From the IMG/VR virus record IMGVR_UViG_3300027672_000066, positions 1-27,434 of that record: DNA of 27,434 bases. The stretch is one strand, 5' to 3'. Positions 1-9,600 of this stretch are shown here, piece by piece. Position 1 is the stretch's first letter; every line of letters starts with the position of its first letter. The stretch comes from a virus (taxonomy: Duplodnaviria; Caudoviricetes). A program made the translations under genes and the position numbers. A model generated the notes under the pieces. That model did no database searches. It saw only the letters and a program-made list of their open reading frames with translations, and had not been told where the DNA came from.

Positions 1-351
1 GGCACTACTAAAATTAACACAGATAAAGAATTACATCTACGAAGCAAAGGAAATCAATTTTTACAAAGTGAATCGTCAATGAATATTAATGTTGGAGTTA
101 ATTGTGTAGTAACTACTGGAGGCATCTTAGACTTAAATGGTCCACTTGCTCCCGAATCTGAAATTATTTTAGTTGGACCACCAATGCCAGATGTACAAAA
201 CTTAGAGACTACTGAACTAAAAGATACGATTGTATCTGCTATGCCAACACATGAACCATTTATAAGACCACAAGCAAAAAAACTATCAACGAGTGCGTTT
301 GCAATAGCAGCCGCTAGTGATGATGGACTAACAAAGTCAGGATTAAAATAA
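1..351 (+). CDS. C-terminal part of baseplate hub/spike protein (T4 gp5/VgrG-like beta-helix), 5' truncated by the window edge
   Basis: Frame is open from base 1 (GTTKINTDKELHLRSKGNQFLQSESSMNINVGVNCVVTTGGILDLNG...), so the ORF-track start at 79 is internal. It shows ~8-residue beta-strand periodicity ending in 'ILDLNG', followed by a PTHEPF motif. It lies upstream of the lysozyme-fold gene and gp25; its stop overlaps the next start (TAATG). Confidence 0.7.
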   Translation, partial: GTTKINTDKELHLRSKGNQFLQSESSMNINVGVNCVVTTGGILDLNGPLAPESEIILVGPPMPDVQNLETTELKDTIVSAMPTHEPFIRPQAKKLSTSAFAIAAASDDGLTKSGLK

Positions 352-986
352 TGATATACGACAAACGAAAAGGTTCATTATTAAATTACATACAATTGCC
401 ATTGCATGTCATAACTTCATCTGGTACATTTCTAGGAACAGGATATGACGTAAATGATAAACCAACATATATACTTTCTCATCTAAGAGTAGATATGAAT
501 GATGTAAAAGATTTGTCGTTCTCATCTGTGAGTAAACAGGCTATAATATTAGACAATACGCCCACACTTACTGTTAAAGATAATCTAGTTGGGTACAATT
601 ATAAGATATCAGATACTGAGATAAATTACGGATATATCACGGTTTCATCTACTCGTATAGATATTGTAGGAAAAAAGATAACGAAAGGAATGGCTGATTT
701 TATCTTAGAAAAACAGTTACGAAACATTGGCAACGTATTAGAAAGATTCATTAAAGTAAAAATATCACAACCACACTATGATGCATTATTGTATCACTTC
801 TTTATTGAAGGAGTTAGCACGATAGAAAATAGTTCAATTGTTAAACTCATAAATGCAAAAGACTGGTATTCAGTGACAGATGAAATTCAATCATCAATAA
901 TGAAGAACGGCAAGGTAGACGAGAAACTGGCTCAACAAAAAATCAAAACTGCCAAGATGTTCAGTTACGTACCTGGCTTCTCTTAA
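351..986 (+). CDS. GH24 (phage lysozyme) fold protein, probably catalytically inactive, baseplate associated
   Basis: C-terminal two-thirds follows the GH24 pattern: [52 protein letters not shown]...AKMF. The catalytic Glu position reads Asn and the RRxxE motif reads QKIKT. Confidence 0.7.
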   Translation: MIYDKRKGSLLNYIQLPLHVITSSGTFLGTGYDVNDKPTYILSHLRVDMNDVKDLSFSSVSKQAIILDNTPTLTVKDNLVGYNYKISDTEINYGYITVSSTRIDIVGKKITKGMADFILEKQLRNIGNVLERFIKVKISQPHYDALLYHFFIEGVSTIENSSIVKLINAKDWYSVTDEIQSSIMKNGKVDEKLAQQKIKTAKMFSYVPGFS

Positions 987-1573
987 CGACTGTTTATAAC
1001 TTTATCTGCTAAACCATACGCAACAGTTTCTTCTGCTGACATGAAGTTATCTCGCTCCATTGCTTCAGTTAATTCATCAAATGTCTTACCAGCAGAATTA
1101 TGATTCACATAGATTTGAGTTAATCTTTCTTTCATTTTCATAATTTCATCAACTTGAATCTTCATATCAGTTGCCTGGCCTCCTGCACCACCACTAGGTT
1201 GATGTATCATTGTACGAGCATTTGGTAGGACATGCCTCTTACCTTCAGCACCTGCTTGTGCAAGTAACGAACCCATGCTACATGCTTGTCCCATTACTGT
1301 AGTAGCAACATCCGAACTAATAAACTGCATGGTATCATATATTGCCATACCAGATGTTACTGCCCCGCCAGGAGAGTTGATATAAAAATGAATATCTTTT
1401 TCTGGATTCTCTGCTTCTAAGAACAATAATTGGGCACAGATTAAGTCTGCCTGATAGTCATTTACCTCACTAGTCAAAAATATTACTCTTTCTTTTAATA
1501 AACGAGAGAAAATATCGTAACTACGCTCTCCATTTGCTGATTGGTCAACGACCATTGGTACTAAATTTGGCAT
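983..1573 (-). CDS. clpP: ATP-dependent Clp protease proteolytic subunit (phage-encoded)
   Basis: LVPMVVDQ...[26 protein letters not shown]; catalytic Ser in GQACSMGS, His in MIHQP, Asp in MERDNFM; AAGGA ribosome binding site at 1583-1587 on the minus strand. Confidence 0.97.
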   Translation of the reverse strand: MPNLVPMVVDQSANGERSYDIFSRLLKERVIFLTSEVNDYQADLICAQLLFLEAENPEKDIHFYINSPGGAVTSGMAIYDTMQFISSDVATTVMGQACSMGSLLAQAGAEGKRHVLPNARTMIHQPSGGAGGQATDMKIQVDEIMKMKERLTQIYVNHNSAGKTFDELTEAMERDNFMSAEETVAYGLADKVINSR

Positions 1574-1616
1574 GAATTATTATCCTTGTTGTGATTACTA
1601 ATGTTATTTATATACT

Positions 1617-1645
1617 ATCATAACATTATTCTGTCCATTTGTCAA
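1617..1645 (-). promoter_or_regulatory. sigma70-type promoter for clpP
   Basis: Minus strand reads TTGACA (1645-1640), 17-nt spacer, TATGAT (1622-1617), with a TGn extended -10 element. Confidence 0.85.
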
Positions 1646-1670
1646 TCTAAAACTACGAATATTACCTGAA

Positions 1671-1678
1671 GATAAATA
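1671..1678 (+). promoter_or_regulatory. putative T4-like late promoter (GATAAATA)
   Basis: One mismatch to the T4 late consensus TATAAATA, ending 33 nt before the gp25 start; the same octamer recurs before the structural gene at 15820. Confidence 0.55.
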
Positions 1679-1711
1679 CTCTTAGATATAAACTACAGAG
1701 AAAATAAAGTT

Positions 1712-2068
1712 ATGCCAACATTCACGGGTTTTAGTACAAAAAATAGAAATGCAATAAATCATCAGTTATTTGATAAAGAACTGGTGATTGAAGACCTTAT
1801 GAATCATATCATGACTCGAAGAGGTGAACGAGTAATGTTACCTACTTATGGGTCGATTATACATGATATGTTATTTGAGCCACTAACTGAAGAAACTACT
1901 GATTTGATTGAAGAAGATTTAACAAATATTATAAAAGATGACCCGAGATGTAACTTTGTTAGTATTGATATAACAGACTCTGACCATACAATAAATGCAA
2001 CAGTGAAACTTGAAATACTGCCATCAAATGAGCCAGTAGAATTAAGTATCGATTTAGATAGAGAATAA
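1712..2068 (+). CDS. gp25: baseplate wedge subunit, T4 gp25 / P2 gpW family
   Basis: DLMNHIMTRRGERVMLPTYGSIIHDMLFEP ... DDPR signature, 118 aa, directly upstream of the gp6-like gene. Confidence 0.92.
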   Translation: MPTFTGFSTKNRNAINHQLFDKELVIEDLMNHIMTRRGERVMLPTYGSIIHDMLFEPLTEETTDLIEEDLTNIIKDDPRCNFVSIDITDSDHTINATVKLEILPSNEPVELSIDLDRE

Positions 2069-2081
2069 TAGAGAGAATAAT

Positions 2082-5000
2082 ATGAGCCAAGAACGTACAG
2101 ACAATTTATTTGCAAGTGAAAGTTGGACAGCAGTATATACTGCATTCACCAACATTAGTCTTAAAGCATACGACTTCGATACGATTAGAGAAGCCCTACT
2201 AGCATACACGGTTCAGACTTATCCTGATAAATTTAATGACTTCATCGCAAGTTCAGAATTTGTTGCAATTTTAGACTTAGTTGCTTATATGGGACATAGT
2301 TTATCATATCGATTAGATATGAACACCCGTGAAAACTTCATGGATACTGCTGAACGTAGAGCGAGTATTCTACAAATGGCAAAGACGTTAGGTTACAACA
2401 AAACTAGACCAATCAACGCAAAAGGCTTTATGAAGATTACTAGTGTGTCAACTGACGAAAATGTCTATGACAATCTAGGTGTCTCTCTCGCTGGCAAAAC
2501 TGTCAACTGGAATGACAGTAACGACATAGATTGGTATGAAAACTTTATCAGTATTTTAAATTCTTCTTTCTCTGCTACTACTAAAATTCAGAATCCTACA
2601 TCTGAGTTGACAATCGCAGAAGTGAGTCACTCTTTGTATGAAATTAATGAAGACTCTGAATCAAAAAGTGTAAACTACAAATTTTCTAGTGATATTGATG
2701 GTGGAAATAGAAGTTTCGAAACAGTTCGTGTAGCATTCGACACAGTTAGCACAAGAATATACGAAGACGAGCCAAGACTAGAGAACAACTTTACGATTAT
2801 TAATCGAAACGACAATCTAGGTTCTGCAAGTGACAGAACTGGATTCTTTGTTTACGCAGTTGCAGGCTCATTAGGATTTGAAGACTTCACTTATAATACT
2901 CAAATTTCAAACAGAATAGAATCAATAAATGAAAGTAATATATCTAATTCTGATGTATGGATTCAAAAGATAGACTCAAATAGAAATTATGTATCAAGTG
3001 TAACAAAAGTAGACAACGAAACAAGAGAAACAGCAATCTATAATAGTTTGCGAACTGGTTCTGGTGACCTCGTAAGTGTTAATTCTATAGACAACAATGG
3101 AATAGAACTTCATTATCCAGATGGCGTATTTGGTAATGCGGCAGTCGGCAACTACAGAGCATGGTATAGAACGGCCGACAACGCTAATTTCTCTGTAAAT
3201 GCGAATGACATTACTAATACAACTATAACAATTCCATACATAGGTAGCGATGATAGAACACATAGATTGTCAATGACAATTAGTAGTACAAAAGATTTTA
3301 GTGAGAACTTTTCAGGCGAAACATACACGAGTGTACGTAGAATCGCACCAAGAAGTTATTACGCACAAGACAGAATGGTCAATGCACAAGATTATAATGT
3401 ATATCCTCTCACTCTTGGAAATAATGTTGTCAATAAAGTTAAAGCAGTAAACACTTCTTTCGCTGGCAACTCACGTTTCTATGAGATGGATGACGTTCTA
3501 GGACACCACTCTAACTTGAGTATAACAGGTTCTGATGGTAGTGTATTTGTTGAAGATGAACCGATATCAGTTTCATTAAGTTATAACAGAGCAAAAGGAA
3601 ACAGTGATAATTTTGTAAGAAACGAAATATCAAGTGTAATAAAACATCCAAGTCTTTTAAATAAATTTCTTCATACGAACGAAAATAATACCACTGAAGT
3701 AGTTCATACATCACTTAACAAGGCGTACACAATTAGTGCAACAGATGGAACTAAAATATCATCAACGTCAATGATAAAAACAGTATATATAGGAGATACT
3801 ATTGAATTGCTCACCACCTCTGGAACAACTATTTGGGCAGATGTGAAAACAGTAAGTGGAACAGATTATACATTAAGTAAGTTTATTTCAGAAGTAGGAA
3901 CAATAAAAACGTTAGTAAGGGGATTTAGAACTAAATTCACAGATGTTGAGAAAAATGCAATAAAGACTAAAGTCGATTTAGATTCGTCATCGTTTACTTT
4001 GTACTATACATACACAATCGTTTCGCCTGCTGTAGTGCCAACTTGGAATTGGAGTTTAACACAAGTGCCAATCGTTAGTGGTGCATTTTTGGTGCCCAAT
4101 GAATATACTATTGTATCTGCTGGCACAACAGACTTTACATTAATTGGCTCTACTGACAGTGTTGTTGGTACAAAATTCAGAGCAACTCGAACAGATATAA
4201 CTGCAGGTGCATTTGAGATAGGGGAGAAATATACAATAAAAACAGTAGGCACAACAGACTTTACATTAGTTGGTGCTAGTATTAGCAATATTGGAGAAGA
4301 GTTCACAGCAACAGGAGTTGGCACAGGAACTGGTACTGCAACTAATAGTGGCACTGGCACAGGAACTGGTACTGCAATGCCTGCCGACGTTAGTGTTCTG
4401 TTTACTTATAAGTCTGGAATCAGAGACAATGAAGCAGAATATACTGCAACATTTACTGGTAAAAAAGTAGCATTTGAAAGCAGAGACCAAGTCAAGTTTT
4501 TCTACGGCAACACTACTAATGTAATTGACAACGAAACGAATTTATCTAAACGAGACACAATATTTTTTAATTACTTATCTACGTCTGCGTCTTCTGGTAG
4601 TGGCACTGCGTATAATGATCCTATTACAGTGGGGCAAGCGCCTATATCAACAGTAGTAACTGATGGCGGAACAGGTGCTACATTTAATGCAATTTACAAA
4701 TATACTGGAGCACCAGCCACTTATGCATTAACTGAAGATGTCATAACTGCTGGAACAACTTATAAACATTATCTAGTATCACCAGTCGGCAACGAATGGT
4801 ATCTAGATGCAAACGCTTCTCCTTCAACATTTACAATTACAAGTCCAGCGGCTGATTCTAAAATAGGTGTTACGCCTGAATGGACTATCGGAATGTCAGT
4901 AACAGATTTAGCAAATTACAAAGTTAAATCTTCAACTGTGCAGGATGATGTTTCTGTGAGTCTCGGTACACCAGAAAATAACGTCTCTACTGGCGCTGTT

Positions 5001-6641
5001 GGGTTTTTGGGTGGATATGATTCTGCCAACGCCGCAACCCAGGCGTACACAACAAGATCTGGCTCAGATTTGACTACCTTAGGATTTAAAGGTGATCCAT
5101 CAAATACTTATTTTGCCGCTGCCTCTGGTACTGGTAATTTTAAATGGAGAGATGAAGATGAAAATGTAGAAAAAACAACTCTCGTTACTGTACATGATGT
5201 AGGCACAGATAACTATACTTTTACTTTATCAGAGGCGGACTCAGGTCCAACTTCTGCTGGAATTAATTATCTAGATAATGACATCTTCTTCAAGCAATAT
5301 GCTTATGGAGAAGTTTCTGTAATAAGTGCGACTGCTCTTACTACCACTAACATATTACTTCAAGATACAAATGGAATTTATATTGACAATAAACATGTGA
5401 CTGTTGAATCTACTACTGGTGTTGTCAATGGTTATACAATTTATTTTTGGACACATGCAGTTGCAGTGAACGATCTTATTGATGTATATATAGGTACAAC
5501 CACAACACTTGCAGACTTGGCAACTTACTCAGTAAGAGTTCAAGCCACCTTTGGTATTTCTACTAGTAGTCAGAATCAAGAGATAATATATAAATCATTA
5601 GCATCACATGTTTATGATGACTACATAACACCTGCGGGATATGTAGATAATACAAAAGTTAAACTACTGACTTCAGATACAAATGATAATCCATTTGCTG
5701 TGCTTGAAACTATTCCAACGAACGATAGCATTGTAATGGAACAATATTCTGTTGATTCTGTAGATTATGAAAGAGCCTCAAACTATGCAGTTTCAGCCTC
5801 TCTAGTAGTTAATGTGCCGAGTACTGCTACGCTATATTATAATACAACAACACCAGCCTGGTGGAAAAAAGAAGCAGGCACTTGGAATGAGATAACACCT
5901 GGAACCGCGACAGAAGTAGCCGCTGGCACCGCTGACTATAACGATATGGATGGAGATAAATTAAGAATTCATTATCGCGGCACACAATATAGAGTACTAG
6001 AGGGAATATCGTTTACTGAAGATCCTTTTTCGAGTTTTAGATGGGAGCATTATGCTGACTTAGATAAGAGAATAGATCCGAGTACAAGCAATATCGTTGA
6101 TATGTATGTCCTAAGTGCAGACTACGTTAGAAATGTAAACAAATGGAAAGCCAACAATTTCACAACAACTACTCCAACCCCACCTAACAATTATGAATTG
6201 GCGAAAATAATGGAAACTATAGAACCAAAGGCAGCCATGGCTGACCATCTTGCTTATATTCCAGTTCAGTTTAAATATCTATTTGGTTCATACGCTAAGG
6301 CAGAAAATCAAGCAGTATTTAAAGTTATTAAGAAGGTAGGAGCAGGATACACTGATAGTGAAATTAAGACCGCAGTATCTACGAAAGTAAACGAATACTT
6401 TGTAATTGATAATTGGGAATTTGGTGACACATTCTATTTCTCAGAACTAGCGGCATATCTTCATAAAGAACTTGGCGATTATATTTCAAGTGTAGTTATT
6501 ACACCAAAATATGCCTCGAATACATTTACAAACTTATTAAGCATCTCGTGTGCCTTGAATGAAATCTTCATGGCAGTAACAACATCAAGTGATGTGAAAA
6601 TAATCACACAATTATTACAATCTGAATTAGTAGGCGAATAA
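2082..6641 (+). CDS. gp6: baseplate wedge protein, T4 gp6 / baseplate J-like, with a large central insertion
   Basis: N-terminus YDFDTIREALLAY...FNDF..S....ILDLVAY....LSYRLDMNTRENFMDTAERRASILQMAKTLGY; YPDGVFG; GETYTSVRRIAPRSYYAQDRMVNAQDY; C-terminal EIKTAV...F......FGDTFYFSEL. Confidence 0.88.
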   Translation: MSQERTDNLFASESWTAVYTAFTNISLKAYDFDTIREALLAYTVQTYPDKFNDFIASSEFVAILDLVAYMGHSLSYRLDMNTRENFMDTAERRASILQMAKTLGYNKTRPINAKGFMKITSVSTDENVYDNLGVSLAGKTVNWNDSNDIDWYENFISILNSSFSATTKIQNPTSELTIAEVSHSLYEINEDSESKSVNYKFSSDIDGGNRSFETVRVAFDTVSTRIYEDEPRLENNFTIINRNDNLGSASDRTGFFVYAVAGSLGFEDFTYNTQISNRIESINESNISNSDVWIQKIDSNRNYVSSVTKVDNETRETAIYNSLRTGSGDLVSVNSIDNNGIELHYPDGVFGNAAVGNYRAWYRTADNANFSVNANDITNTTITIPYIGSDDRTHRLSMTISSTKDFSENFSGETYTSVRRIAPRSYYAQDRMVNAQDYNVYPLTLGNNVVNKVKAVNTSFAGNSRFYEMDDVLGHHSNLSITGSDGSVFVEDEPISVSLSYNRAKGNSDNFVRNEISSVIKHPSLLNKFLHTNENNTTEVVHTSLNKAYTISATDGTKISSTSMIKTVYIGDTIELLTTSGTTIWADVKTVSGTDYTLSKFISEVGTIKTLVRGFRTKFTDVEKNAIKTKVDLDSSSFTLYYTYTIVSPAVVPTWNWSLTQVPIVSGAFLVPNEYTIVSAGTTDFTLIGSTDSVVGTKFRATRTDITAGAFEIGEKYTIKTVGTTDFTLVGASISNIGEEFTATGVGTGTGTATNSGTGTGTGTAMPADVSVLFTYKSGIRDNEAEYTATFTGKKVAFESRDQVKFFYGNTTNVIDNETNLSKRDTIFFNYLSTSASSGSGTAYNDPITVGQAPISTVVTDGGTGATFNAIYKYTGAPATYALTEDVITAGTTYKHYLVSPVGNEWYLDANASPSTFTITSPAADSKIGVTPEWTIGMSVTDLANYKVKSSTVQDDVSVSLGTPENNVSTGAVGFLGGYDSANAATQAYTTRSGSDLTTLGFKGDPSNTYFAAASGTGNFKWRDEDENVEKTTLVTVHDVGTDNYTFTLSEADSGPTSAGINYLDNDIFFKQYAYGEVSVISATALTTTNILLQDTNGIYIDNKHVTVESTTGVVNGYTIYFWTHAVAVNDLIDVYIGTTTTLADLATYSVRVQATFGISTSSQNQEIIYKSLASHVYDDYITPAGYVDNTKVKLLTSDTNDNPFAVLETIPTNDSIVMEQYSVDSVDYERASNYAVSASLVVNVPSTATLYYNTTTPAWWKKEAGTWNEITPGTATEVAAGTADYNDMDGDKLRIHYRGTQYRVLEGISFTEDPFSSFRWEHYADLDKRIDPSTSNIVDMYVLSADYVRNVNKWKANNFTTTTPTPPNNYELAKIMETIEPKAAMADHLAYIPVQFKYLFGSYAKAENQAVFKVIKKVGAGYTDSEIKTAVSTKVNEYFVIDNWEFGDTFYFSELAAYLHKELGDYISSVVITPKYASNTFTNLLSISCALNEIFMAVTTSSDVKIITQLLQSELVGE
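4071..4377 (+). repeat. two in-frame copies (one nested in the other) of a ~48-aa 'GxF..G..Y.I...GTTDFTLIGA..N.G..F.ATG.GTGTGTA' module
   Basis: Exact DNA repeats ggcacaacagactttacatta (4122-4142, 4248-4268) and tggcacaggaactggtactgcaa (4319-4341, 4355-4377). Confidence 0.9.
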
Positions 6642-6642
6642 C

Positions 6643-9600
6643 ATGGCAAAGAAGATTTATGACTTTTTACCAGGACATCTAAAGAACAGTGAGTTAGAAA
6701 CAGTTTTTGAAACGACCCTTGACCGCGTGTTTTCTGTAGGTGAAATGGAGAAGACCAAGGCGTTTGTTGGTAGAAAAGAAAAGGGAATATATAACAACAA
6801 TGATGTATATCTTTCGTTCCCATCGCAGTCGTATGCAAGAGATAATTACGGATTAGAACCAACATTTACAAATACAGACGCAACGGATAATGTATTCTAT
6901 GATGACTTACTGAATGCATTATATAATAAAGGCGCACTAACAAACGACCATAGACGATTATTTAAGAGTACTTTAGAAACAGTTCAATTACCAATAGACT
7001 TAGACAAGTTCGTCAATTATGGCATGTATTACTGGGTATCTCCTGGATTTGATGCTTCAATCACGGGCTCAACGAAAAAACATTATGTCACGATCGACAA
7101 AGGTGATTTAGATGTATGGAGTGATAATAACTCTTGGTATCATTATGATGACATTAAATCCCTAATTACAGACGCTAACTTTACTTTAATATCTCAAGCA
7201 TTAAGACCTATTATTGAATTTGATAAGTATCTTGAGTTGAGTGATTCCTCACCAGCATCTGAGATTGAATTTCCTAAATTCAAAACATATGACTCTAATA
7301 ACGATTATATTGTAGATGGAGATTCAGAAATATTTCATTATGTAACTGGCAGCGGATATACAACTGACACTGAATTGGGATTCAAGCCTAAATTGAAGGC
7401 TGGAGATTATCAAAGTGAATATGTATTTAAGATAATTTTGCCAGAAACTTCAGCATATAAAATAAACGCAAGTTATAAAAAGTTATACATCACGTCAACA
7501 TTTGATTATAGAAATCTAAGACAAGAATTGGGCGACACTGTAAAAATGTCAGAACTTGAATTATTACAGACTCCTAAGAATTCTAATACAATCGACTTGT
7601 ATGTAGATGGCCAAAAACAAATAGGAAACTACACATACAGTAGTACTACAGACAAACTCACAATGGATGGCACTGGTAATACTACAACTGTTTTCGCAGA
7701 TGGAATTGTTACCAACAAACAACATACTATATTAGTACCAGGTGACACTGACTTCATTTCAATTGGTGCAGCCGATAATAATGTTGGTACAAAATTTATA
7801 GCAACTGGTGTAGGAACAGGAACTGGAACCGCAACATATGACACAATCAGTGGCAACATATATGTTGATTACTGTACTGATACTCCAGTTGTATACGACG
7901 GACAAACTGTATTTCAACGTATTGACCCATCAGTTGAATATAATGTAGACAATAAATCATACGTTAACACCGAACTGTCATACTCTCTTGTTTTTGAACA
8001 TTTTATTAGAATCATAGAAACTGTATCAGGTTTAACTGGCAGTTCAATTGCTAATAATAATTATAGAGATATTGGCACAAACACAGATAAGTTAAGATAC
8101 GCCGCCCAAGGTAGTATACTTATTCGAAACACGATTGATATCAAAGAGGCATACTTCGCATTAACACGAGATGACTACGACCCTATCAAAGCAACAGAAT
8201 TTTTATCAGGTGCATATAGCGGATATAAAAATAAATTATTAACTACGATTATCTCTATTTTAAACTCAAGTGCGAGTACAACGAAATCTGATTTACAAAT
8301 TTTAGAAGAAGCAATTAGTACTATTTCTCTTGGAAAACATTCAAGTGTGAGTATTTTCAGAGACAGTTCTATGTTGAACTTTGGTGAGAATCATTCTCAT
8401 TACGAAGAACTTGCTGTTTCTGTTGTTGCGGGAGCGTTGACTCGACCTGTGCCGACATTTAATGATACAATAGATAACAAAAAAGATTTAGTTATTATTA
8501 GAAATGGTGTAATTCAACGATTAAATATAGATTACACATTAAATACAGGTATCACAGAAATAACTTTGACAACTGCACTTGCATCAAATGACATATTGAC
8601 TGTTAGAAATTATACTAATATAAAAGAAACTTTTATCCCACCAAGTGCAACATCATTAGGAATTGCTCCGGCATATTCTCCGCAAGTTATTACAGATGTG
8701 GGATATAGTCCCTCAGTTTCATTTATCCAAGGACACGATGGTTCACTGATTCCTTCGTATGAGACAAGAATAGATACCATACTTCTTGCATTTGAAACTT
8801 TAATCTTTAATAATTTATCAGATAATACTACTGCTAAGATTGATAGTATGAATTATGGATTATATGACACAGCAGGTGTTGATTATTCTACAGGTGAAAA
8901 GAAATATACCATGTATCCTTTCTTTAAGAAATGGATGATGAGAAATGAGATAGACAGTTTAGATAATGATTCATATGATGCTGCCGATTACAAAACTTGG
9001 AACTATAGAGCAAAGAACGATACACTCGCTGGACATTGGAGAGGACAACTATTTCACGAATATGGAACAGATAGACCATTAACCGAGCCATGGAAAGCAA
9101 TAAAATTATCACAGAAACCAACAAATTTTGATTCAACGTATGGGTCAGATTACACACAACAATCATTTTGGAATACATTAATAGGATCAAATTCTTTAAC
9201 ATGTCAGATGCCAGTTGATGTAGCAGGAAACTTAAAGTCACCAACCGATTTGTTCTTTGGTGGGGTATTTACTCCAGATGATATTGCATTGGCAGACCAA
9301 GCATGGGAATTTGGTGATAATTCACCAGTTGAACTAGCATGGACAAGAAGTAGTGAATTTGCTTTTGCTGAATTCATGTTGATGTTATTGTCGAATCCTT
9401 TTAAAGTTATATACGAATATAGCACACAGATAAGAAATATTATTACCTATTCTAATAAAAATGAAGGTATCGATACAAGTTTAGTTGTTGCTGATAAGGC
9501 TAACTATTCATTTAAGTTGGGTTCAAAGTTAGGCGGGTTTGTTAATAATTTCAAACTACAATCAGAAAACAATTCATTATCAAATAGTAGATTTACTGAA

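Noticed and set aside
79-351. 90-aa standalone ORF from the track
   Set aside because: The frame is open back to base 1, so it is the tail of a longer gene.
2061-2082. Short direct repeat gagaataata x2 at the gp25/gp6 junction
   Set aside because: Only 10 nt and AT-rich; it covers a stop codon and a ribosome binding site, with no sign of further function.
4004-7859. Minus-strand ORFs 4004-4360 and 7629-7859 that resemble each other (VAVPVPVPTPVA)
   Set aside because: They are antisense shadows of the Gly/Thr-rich module on the plus strand and have no independent signals.
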